A stretch of DNA of 64,000 nt from Okamejei kenojei (lineage: Eukaryota): NCBI GenBank assembly GCA_035221665.1, contig CM069155.1:10292001-10356000 (forward strand). Direction: 5' to 3'. Below, piece after piece: positions 25,253 through 35,617 of this stretch. The position numbers and the translations under genes were made by a program. Every line of letters starts with the position of its first letter. The stretch's first letter is position 1. The notes under the pieces are model-generated. The model had not been told where the DNA came from. It ran no database searches and worked only from the letters and a program-made list of their open reading frames with translations.

Positions 25253-25407
25253 TAAGGATAGCTCTTAAAAATAGCGGAGTCAGGGGATATGGGGAGAAGG
25301 CAGGAACGGGGTACAGATTGGGGATGATCTGCCATGATCACATCGAATGGCGGTGCTGGCTCGAAGGGCCGAATGGCCTCCTCCTGCACCTATTGTCTAT
25401 TGTCTAT
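25253..25407 (+). mobile_element. CR1-clade LINE 3' end, young
   Basis: gggatatggggagaaggcagg...gaagggccgaatggcctcctcctgcacctattgtctattgtctat. Confidence 0.8.
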
Positions 25408-27694
25408 AAAGACTTGGTCCTTAACCTCCTCGGTACTTTGGCGCGTTGGCTTATGTACCATGAGCGATGCGTGTACGAGGTTTGAAATGAAAGTAATCGC
25501 ATCTTAATTTTGCGCAAGATTCGCCATATCTTTCCCCACCCCACAATTAGTGCGGGGATCGTGGAAACAAAGTATTGCCAGGGTTGGGGTTTTTTTTAAT
25601 TGGACTTATTTCCAATCCATCGACAGATTATTGAAATTAAAACATATATAATTTGGATAATATTTTGCAGGCGTTGTTACCATTTACCAGTGAGAAGATG
25701 GATTGTGATTGATGTGGAAAAAGAAAAGAAAATACACCACATCCGTGTAAATTCGAGTTGCTGTTTGATATTTGTTATATTTGTTAGTAAAGCAACCCCA
25801 TCTAGCTTGGCATAAACCATATCCCGCTGTGCGTGTGATAAACATTCTCTCCACACTACTCCGCTGGCAGGGGTTGACAAAATAAGATTGAGAAGAATTC
25901 GTACTTTGATAGAGACCTGACATGCAAAACTACTGAGGCGCAAGTGTGTGGGGTCGCCGGGGCAAGATCTCCTCCACCCCCCCCCCCCCCCCCCCCCCCC
26001 CCCGCCATCCTCTGCCGGGTGCTTGAGGTATTGACAGCCGAGGCCTGGCCTATGTTGAAAATGTACCAGGATGGCAGAAGGCCGAGAAAAATTGCGAGTT
26101 CTAGAGAAAACATTGGCTTGTTCAACCCCGACCAGTTCCAACATTTTTTTCCAAACATTAAACAAACCTTCTAATTTCCCTTTTGTCCTTGTGGGATGTC
26201 AAAGATCCTCTCTGCCTTCTGGGGTGATGGTAAAAGGTTGATGCACACTCGGCTGAAGCAGAACAGGAGAGTTGTCTGTGGGCAAGGGAGTGCTCTGGCC
26301 AATGTTCAGCACTCGACGAACACGGCTCAGCATGTGTCACATTGCCGTCAGTGGGAGCTTGTGTGTAAAATGGCTAACATGCTCGTGTATCGCAAACACC
26401 TAAAGCCGCTGAGTTGAACACGGAGCGCTTTGGAATGAAAAAAACCAGCAAAGCTCGCTTCACAATGGCTGTCTACAACAATATTGTTCATGGTACTACC
26501 AACATACCCCAAACATATCATCCATGCTCACATTTGACATTGTTCCTTCCATCCTAACAGTACCCAAAGTGAACACCACCGTGGCTATTTACAATTGTCC
26601 ACCTTCCTCCGTGTGCCAATATTCAAGGGAACCGTGGCCTGACTGTAAGCAAGAAAGAGCGGGACTGCTGCGCTTGCACATCAGAGTCGCTTCTGCGGCT
26701 AATTACATGATCTTAATGTACGAAAACACGATCGAACCATTGCAATTCTTAATTGTACCCGCTAGATGCTGCTCCGAGACCCTGTCTCTTCAAGGGGAGG
26801 ACAGGGCGGCATTACTCACATGCAGCCAATCGAAGTGTCCATCAAAGTGTCGAACGGAGAGCGTGAAAACACAACCGGAACGAGTTTAAGGCAGAGCAGA
26901 ATATGTTATGGCAGACAAAAACATTACAAATACCAAGAGGGCGAAAGAATTTTACAGGAAATACCTGCGATTATAGTTACAACTAAAACATAGAAACTTA
27001 TTTATATTATATAACTGAAGAAGTCTGGTATTTAGAAGTAGGTGGTGTTAAGTGCGTTGCTGGCACCGGGAAAACATTAAAGCTGTATACACATGTAATG
27101 ATGGGGGCAAGGCAGCGTCCCTCTGGAAAATAAGTCTCGAAACTACTGAAATGTATTTACCACAACAGTACATATGGGATAGCTGAAATATAGAGGGGGG
27201 TGGGGGTATTCATTGTATTAAATTGATCATACAATTAACTAAATAGCTTCCATATATCCAGATACCTTAAAACTAACTTCGATCTGTATTCCCAACTAGT
27301 GTGTGTGCTAATGGCCACAGCAATGCTCTTGAGAAACTGTTTTCTTTATAACGCAATGCAGGAGTGTACTGCGCAATATTGAATTATTTATGATTTCGAA
27401 TGTTAAGATACATTTGCAAACGTATGTAATACCTTGAGACCGTTCTTTCAAATCTTTCTGATTGGATGTAATGATCAACCGACCTTATTGTTGTAAATAC
27501 ATCCATTCGGGATATAACTAATTACCTTTGGTGCCAAAGGGAACTACTTCAATATTGGTTACCAATAACAGCACCTGGCAATTTACTTAAGTATTCAAGT
27601 TCTTGCGTTTTCTACTCTATCATCTTGTTTATAAATTCCATTAAACCAGCGACCACCGGAATGAATACATCCGTATATATGAATATATAAAGAA

Positions 27695-28028
27695 NNNNNN
27701 NNNNNNNNNNNNNNNNNNNNNNNNNNNNNNNNNNNNNNNNNNNNNNNNNNNNNNNNNNNNNNNNNNNNNNNNNNNNNNNNNNNNNNNNNNNNNNNNNNNN
27801 NNNNNNNNNNNNNNNNNNNNNNNNNNNNNNNNNNNNNNNNNNNNNNNNNNNNNNNNNNNNNNNNNNNNNNNNNNNNNNNNNNNNNNNNNNNNNNNNNNNN
27901 NNNNNNNNNNNNNNNNNNNNNNNNNNNNNNNNNNNNNNNNNNNNNNNNNNNNNNNNNNNNNNNNNNNNNNNNNNNNNNNNNNNNNNNNNNNNNNNNNNNN
28001 NNNNNNNNNNNNNNNNNNNNNNNNNNNN
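27695..28028. other. assembly gap
   Basis: N run. Confidence 1.
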
Positions 28029-28227
28029 ATAAAATGCTGGAGTAACTCAGCAGGACAGGCAGCATCTCTGGAGTGAAGGAATGAGCGACGTTTCGGGTCG
28101 AGACCCTTCTTCAGACTGAAGGTCTGACTGAGTTATTCTTCAGGATGAAGAAGGGTCTCGACCCGAAACGTCGCCCATTCCTTCTCTCCAGAGATGCTGT
28201 CTGTCCCGCTGAGTTACTCCAGCATTT
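28029..28227. mobile_element. Penelope-like inverted pLTR pair
   Basis: Arms 28029-28114 and 28145-28227 are near-perfect reverse complements. Confidence 0.78.
28084..28117 (-). ncRNA. minimal type-I hammerhead ribozyme motif
   Basis: Minus strand AGT-CTGAAGA-A-GGGTCTCGACCC-GAAACGTC-GCT. Confidence 0.65.
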
Positions 28228-28250
28228 ATATATATATATATATATATATA

Positions 28251-28489
28251 TTCTTCAAACTTCCGACATAGCACATTAATCGTGTATTTGTCGTGTCCAT
28301 AGCTCATAAACCCCTATACTAATCGTATATTCCATGCGGCAGGTGGCTTATATTTACCGCATCAATTACACTACTGGCATACAAAGGAGTAGGATACAAC
28401 ATTCCGCATAGGATGGTGGAAGGAGAATTTGGAATGAGAGCTGTGTTTAAAAATATGGCAAGAGAATATAAAAGTTTCGTGTTGACAAT

Positions 28490-28547
<58 letters not shown>

Positions 28548-28631
28548 GGTGTAAATCAACATCTGCAGTTCCTTCCTACACACACACAGACACACACGCG
28601 CGCATAGTATATATATATATACTGTGCGCGC

Positions 28632-28668
<37 letters not shown>

Positions 28669-28925
28669 GCATATAGTTTCATTGTCAACACAAAACTTTA
28701 ATATTCTCTCGCCAAATTTTCAAACCTAGCTCTCATTCCAAATTCACTTTCCACCACCCTATGCAGTATTTTGAATCCTACTCCTTTGTATCATGTGCTT
28801 CCAACAATGTAATTGATGCGGTAAATATAAGTCACCTGCCGCACGGAAACAAGATCAACATAAGGGGTTCATGAGCTATGAACCCGACAAATGCACGATT
28901 AATGTGCGGTCCGAAGTTTGATGAA
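28251..28925. repeat. ~240-bp diverged inverted repeat (28251-28489 / 28681-28925) with (TA)n tracts and an inner palindrome
   Basis: Arms align as reverse complements, e.g. tatatttaccgcatcaattaca / tgtaattgatgcggtaaatata; inner hairpin 28588-28641. Confidence 0.9.
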
Positions 28926-30228
28926 TATATGATTTTTCCAAAATAAATACATGGAAATAGCGTTGACAAACAAACGGTGAAGAATTAATGTCACTGGCGG
29001 GTGCAGAATCTATCATTTATTCCTTCATTGCATGTAAAATACTGGAAACGATTCCTCCCAACATTTCTGAGAAAATATCGGTGGATTTGATTCATGTTTG
29101 AGACAGGCTAGTTTAAGATGTTCAATCACACCACAGACTAACAGCTTCAGAAGTATTCTGAGGTTGACAGTTTTCCCCGGGATATATAGAAAGCGATGAG
29201 CTTATCCAGAGGCAGAGCGCAGGACAAACTGGCGAACAGCAATTTCCAGGTGCACCTTCTAAAACTTGCCGTTTCTAGTCCCTTATTTAGAATTTGTGTC
29301 TCATGTCAGTTCTAAAGGTTTAAAACATCCACTCTACCATATTGATTTTGGGGACTTGGCTTTTGATTGAGATTGTATCGATGATCGGTAGCGACCAAAC
29401 CTGCAATATTCGTCAAATGTCAAGTTCAAAGATGCGTGCGGGGAAATGTGCTTTACTTTCTTGCTCCTTTGAACAACGACTTTCAGTGAATGATGTGCCT
29501 CGCCGAGAGATAAGAAAAAACACCAGATGAAAGTATTTGTTATATACTTCACACGACATTTACTTTTATGCTTCAAGTAATACAGAAGGGAAAGAGTGAG
29601 ACGTTGGCGTTTTAAACCAAGATTCCTATACACGCGGGTAAACATATGAACCGATTTCAACTTCTGACGCCAATGTTATTCCAGTAAAAAATGTGAACTT
29701 TTGACCCCCAACCTCCCACGCGTACACCTGAAATATTTCATTTTTGTTTCGCGTTCAGTGATCCTTTACTTGTTTGCAGAGGTAAACATTATTGCAGAGT
29801 TTACTTCAGGCACGCTTAGGGGGCAAGTTTGTACCGCTGAGTACATGAACTTCGGTTGCGTTTAGAGATCATCAGGGCGGATGACTTCTGAGGTTGGCCT
29901 GTGTGTTATCCCGAGGACACCTTTCCGGTAAATATCCCTCTGCTTTGCTTCTGGCGAAACAACTAACACACACACTTAAAATTTCGTTCGTAGTTACGGA
30001 CAAATGAATGCCACGTCAACGCATGTTTCACATACTACACATCATGCCAATGGAATCCCTTTCCTTAACAAAACTCCACTTTTCCTTCCTCCTTCCTCCA
30101 AGTCAAGATTTTTACATTAATTCATATTACTGGCAGCGGTAAATCACCGACGGGCCAATTTTTCTAATGCACACTAACACAGGGGGACATTATACTGTCA
30201 CTAGGTTTGCAAAACAAAAAGAAGAAAA

Positions 30229-30348
30229 CCGAAGAAGGGTCTCGACCCAAAATGTCACCCATTCCTTCACTCCAGAGATGCTGCCTGTCCCGCTGAGTTA
30301 CTCCAGCTTTTTGTGTCTATTTTCGGTTCGAACCAGTACCTGCAGTTC
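30229..30348 (+). mobile_element. Penelope-like pLTR fragment
   Basis: ccgaagaagggtctcgacccaaaatgtcacccattcc...ctgcagttc. Confidence 0.72.
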
Positions 30349-32417
30349 GAAAACAATGATAGCTTCATGAGACAGTATGCTCATAGCATAGCAATATGAC
30401 CACGACTCACACAGAACGATATTCACAGTGTATTATTATTTTAAGGTTGGTACATGGGATTTTAGTTACAATAATCTGAAATGTTCTCCAAAGTGGAAAG
30501 GCTAAGGGAAGATAACACATGTGGGAAGATCCAACTCGGAATTGCTTCCAAAGGACTTGCTTGTACTCTCTATGTTGTAGAGACCTTATCAGGCATAACA
30601 CAATGAACTATTACAACAAAAACATGTTTGGGCCATTGACGACTATTGCACTGGGCCATGCACCATCCTTTCTCAAAGCGATGCTGTCGAGTCCGGTGGC
30701 TGTAGGCAAGACGGTTGTTTGCGGGGCAGACAGTCAAACACGCATCAGTCATATTGCCAACGCATGACAGACACAGGGGAGGCGATCGTGGCAGTGAAGA
30801 ACGCAGGAGGCGAGAAGGGGGGTATTGTATGTCTCCACCAGTTGCTGTTGTCGACCACAACTCATTCGCTATGCGAATGTGTGACCTCTGTTTCACATCC
30901 CGGGCGTGGACGATCAAACGAGGTTGATGCGACCCGCGTACACGTTTCCCCAAACTTTCCCAGTGGTATCCTTCCTCTTGAGCCCAGGACTGCTTGGGGC
31001 AGTGGTCGGGTTAATAACAACAGACCGTTGCTCTGGGCGGATGACAGCCAACTTTCTGCAAAACTGATTTTAGTCTGCAAGCGTTTAAAAGTTAAAGGGT
31101 GATAAGGGATGCAACGATGTTGTGATGTAAGTCTGAAAAAAAAAGCCTGCACGTCGCTATGATTATTAGCCGAAACTGCATTCGCAACAAATTGTGTATC
31201 AAAGGCGCAACTAGAAACGACTGGGACTCTAACATCCCTGATCAAGGTCTTACTAGTGAGTGAATGGCATATGTCATTTAACGGTCGGCTCCTGTTTACA
31301 AACTAGATGAGAACCAATGAATCAATGAAATCGGGACCCAGTAAACCATTAGTGCAAACCCAGAGGGTCCACATTTTTATGCGACATCGCCAGTTGTTAG
31401 AGAAACAAATCATAAAATCGTGACTAGGAGATCAATTTGCAGACACGATTATAAAGCCTTTATTTCGCTATTATGGCAATGTAATCTACAACTGGTTCAG
31501 GATATCTGTGATGTAATGTGATTCTGTCTTGCACAGGTCGTCCTCCAAATACTTGCATGAAAAGACAACGAATGCCCAGTGCAAAACCCATGGCAAGCAC
31601 GTTTCCATCTTTGAACCGTGCTAATGCAATAATAATTTCTAATTCATCAGTTCTTGAATTACAGCAACGACGCCATCTAATAGCTTCAACAAAATTCGTG
31701 GCGTTATGAAGTTTAACCGACCGTGGGTAAAAAGGCAACCCTTTAATAAAAATCTAGTTTTCATTCTTATGGAATGAAATTTTATACCGAGGTGAGGAAT
31801 ATATGAATGTGATGTTTCAGTGGCCCAAGACTTCTGCCATAGAAATCTATCGAGGGATCGCATAAATTGGACACTGGAGCCAGTTTGCCAGTTAATAATT
31901 GATTGGACAGTATATTAGTTCGGAGCCAGGAACTGCTGCCCGACGACGTCTTCACTGCGTCTAAACTGGTCAACCCTCTCTCTTCCTATGTGTCTCTGTT
32001 TATCCCTCTGTCTGACACCCTGTCTCCCAGTCTGCCCCTCTCTCTTTCGCTCTCCGTCTTATGAGAGCACGGGGGAAGGGACGCCGGCGGGAGGGTCCCA
32101 AAGGTCAGCCAAATTATGTTTTCTCCGCTGAGACCATTAAATCTGTGTATGGTTTAATAATGATTTGAATGGTTAGTGGAACCCTTAAGTGCCAGTTCCA
32201 ACATCCGATGACTTGAACGACGTGCATTAAAATATCACAGAATTACATGTACAAACCAGACAGCTCAGAGGGTACTTTATGTTTCTGGTACATAAAACAT
32301 ATTCGGCAAGCTTCTGCGATAGCTTCTCGTTTGACACGAAACCTTTTAAAGCTTGATATAATTGAACCCCCCGCCCCCCAAATTAACTACATATTAAGGA
32401 CGAAGTACTGTTTCTTT

Positions 32418-32600
32418 GATATACACAAAATGCTGGAGTAACTCGGCGGTTCAGGCAATATCTCTGGAGAAAAGGAATATGTGACATTTTCAGACCCGAA
32501 ATGTCACCTATTCTTTTTCTTCCGAGATGCCGCCTGACCCGTTGAGTTACGCTGTCGTGTTCTATCTTCATTGTAAACCAGCATCTGCAGTTCCTCCCTG
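32418..32600. mobile_element. Penelope-like inverted pLTR pair
   Basis: Antisense arm joined to sense arm at gacatttt|cagacccgaaatgtc; degenerate flanking repeat gtactgtttctttga / gtactaattccttga. Confidence 0.72.
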
Positions 32601-34388
32601 TACTAATTCCTTGAGTTGAGTAGGGGTTTGAAACCTTTAATTCCATCCAATTTGAACGTGTAATATATATCCCAACGAGTCATACTTTACATGCCATTTT
32701 CTCAACAACTTATTTCAGCGAGATTCCTGGCTGCTGAGTGGAAGAAATTGGGCCTGAAATTGAAATATGTTAAAGTAAACATGGCGAGTAATGGGATAGC
32801 AGCGCGTCGCAAAAGCCAAATGCGAATTAGGATGGGGTCACTGCCAACCAACGGAGTGCAGGGCACCAAGGACGGAAACTCACCCGTCAAAGCTATGTAT
32901 CTTATATCAACTCGAAATATGATGTTAAGTGTAGAATCCGAATGGCGGTTCTGGTTAGTTTCAATTGGAAGCAATGTTTATGGGGATTTCACTCAAAACA
33001 GACCCCAGAGTTATCCCTTCACGTTCCAGGGCTACCTGCTAGTATCCTCTAAGCTGCAGGGCACCCACCCACGTGCGTTGAAGGGACGGGCCGCCAAATA
33101 GAGAGAAGCCGCACAGAATCTGGTATAGATTTCTCTCGTAGCCAAGATTCACATCAATTCAAATTTGATGATCTCCCTTCCTGCTGGACTGTTTCGCCTT
33201 CAGTAACTCGTTTCACATTATCAGATTCCCTTTCCCTCTACCATCAACTATGTCCAGTTGCATTCTCTATATATATATATCTTATTTTAAAAAGGGTTTA
33301 GTCCCTGTTCTAATTATCATCGATTAACTAGTGTATCGACACCGTGAGGTTTGCTGTAGTCACATGCATAGCTTCAAAGTTACCGGTCCGCCCTACTTTA
33401 GGCGTCCAAATAGGGCGCCTAAAGTAGGGCGAACTACTGAATGCGCCTTTGTAACTTTGAACTGCGCGTCCAAGACACCGATCCTCATGCCTCCACTGTC
33501 AATTTCAAAATCAGGAGGTTAAACCCTGATAAATACAAGAAACAAAACAAATACAAGAAACAAAGTCGAAAAATAAAACGTGTCTCACAATCTGCCCCCG
33601 GAGTGAGTTTTTTTTAAACCATTTTAGTGAAAACTTAGAGTGTGGCTGTTTTAGGATTTAAAAAAGCCACGAAACATATGTGTAAAGATTTAATAATGCC
33701 ATGATTTTGAAAATGTTTACTCCCCGCCAAGCATAAAACATCAAACGTTCGCTCTAACAATGTCCACTCACAATAACGTGAAGGATTTATTCACTTTCTT
33801 GTGCTTCTTTGCAGATTTGAGTTATTTATGCACAAAAATAAAACCGTGGCCCTCGACGTTGGTCTTCAAATAAGGGCGTTGAATAGATTGTACTAGTTAA
33901 TAAGTTTTGGATTAAACGGCGGGATTTTAATTTGTTCTGTTGAAATTGCCTTATCATGTTCCACTCTGTCGAGACTCGTGTGCTTGCTGGTCCCTCCCAC
34001 ATATTCGCCAACACAAAAGTCACTTTATCTGGTGGGATGGTGTGAAGCGTGCGTGTTGCGTTTCTCTTATCTTCGCGACGTGTTTCTCTTCAGTTCCCCG
34101 CAGTGGGGGAGGGGAATGGGTGGAGTGGGGTGGCAAGGTGTGGAGGTGCCTTGCAGCAGACTGGAAGGGCGGAGTTCGCTACGACTAGACAGCAGCACAA
34201 ATGTAGCAACATATCCGCAGTTGTCTGTTTTGTGTGACCAATATTACAAGCATTTGAAATGACCATCCCCAAATAAAGATTTGTTACTGAATAAAGAACC
34301 CCCCGGTATTTCTTTGTACACAAATGCCCAGAACTTCCCCCCAGGATACTTAACATTAAAAAAAAAACCCTACAGTAAGCATTAGCGG

Positions 34389-34683
34389 CGAAAATAGACA
34401 CAAAACGCTGGAGTAACTCAGCGGGACAGACAGCATCTCTGGAAGGGTGCAATGAGCGACGTTTCGGGTCAAGACCCTTCTTCAGACTGAGAGTCAGGGG
34501 AAAGAACCGAGAGATATAGAGAGAGATATAGACGAAACGAATTAATGATATGCAAATAAAGTAACGATGTGACCCGAAACGTCACCCATTCCTTCTCTCC
34601 AGAGATGCTGCCTGTCCCGCTGAGTTACTCCAGCGTTTTGTGTCTCTCTATAAACCAGCATCTGTGGTTCCTTCCTACACTCC
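34389..34683. mobile_element. Penelope-like inverted pLTR pair with 17-bp target-site duplication
   Basis: TAAGCATTAGCGGCGAA 34376-34392 / TAAGCATTAGCGACGAA 34684-34700. Confidence 0.82.
34455..34488 (-). ncRNA. minimal type-I hammerhead ribozyme motif
   Basis: Minus strand AGT-CTGAAGA-A-GGGTCTTGACCC-GAAACGTC-GCT. Confidence 0.65.
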
Positions 34684-35182
34684 TAAGCATTAGCGACGAA
34701 TGAGGATAACGCTCTGATGTTACTTGGAACATCAAACACTTAAGCAAATAAGTTGCATTTGACGTTAAAAATATAGCAGTTGATTTGCATGTGTTTCAAT
34801 TTATTAACATGAGTTAGAACTGAGAGGTGCAAGAAATGCAGATTCCTTTCGGATTTAACTATGTAATTTCAACAAAGACCAAAACGAGGTCTGTATTCCC
34901 GATTGGAACGTGATATTCTTAATTATTTAGCGGAAAATCCACCCATCGCTTTTTGATAGCTATACCATTCTAAAAGTTAAAAAATTTGGAATAATTTTAC
35001 AAATAAGACATGTCCTTCTAATTGCGCTGGAGATGGAGGCATGGGGCAGGGAAGACAGTGGGGTACACAAAATATTGCACTTGCAAATATATAAAACTGA
35101 CGGCTGGTCACTTATATCATTGATATTCTCAAGGAGCACAGCAACTAGCTGCATATCAGTGAAGAAGCCATGAATGTGACTA

Positions 35183-35527
35183 NNNNNNNNNNNNNNNNNN
35201 NNNNNNNNNNNNNNNNNNNNNNNNNNNNNNNNNNNNNNNNNNNNNNNNNNNNNNNNNNNNNNNNNNNNNNNNNNNNNNNNNNNNNNNNNNNNNNNNNNNN
35301 NNNNNNNNNNNNNNNNNNNNNNNNNNNNNNNNNNNNNNNNNNNNNNNNNNNNNNNNNNNNNNNNNNNNNNNNNNNNNNNNNNNNNNNNNNNNNNNNNNNN
35401 NNNNNNNNNNNNNNNNNNNNNNNNNNNNNNNNNNNNNNNNNNNNNNNNNNNNNNNNNNNNNNNNNNNNNNNNNNNNNNNNNNNNNNNNNNNNNNNNNNNN
35501 NNNNNNNNNNNNNNNNNNNNNNNNNNN
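35183..35527. other. assembly gap
   Basis: N run. Confidence 1.
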
Positions 35528-35561
35528 TGTATGTGTGTGTGTGCGTGTGTTTGCGTGTGCG

Positions 35562-35613
<52 letters not shown>
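35528..35613. repeat. (TG)n microsatellite
   Basis: Direct reading. Confidence 0.95.

Positions 35614-35617
<4 letters not shown>

Noticed and set aside
30570-31245. Cluster of overlapping ~127-aa ORFs in GC-richer DNA
   Set aside because: No recognisable domain or splice structure; possibly an ancient LINE remnant, but not supportable by eye.
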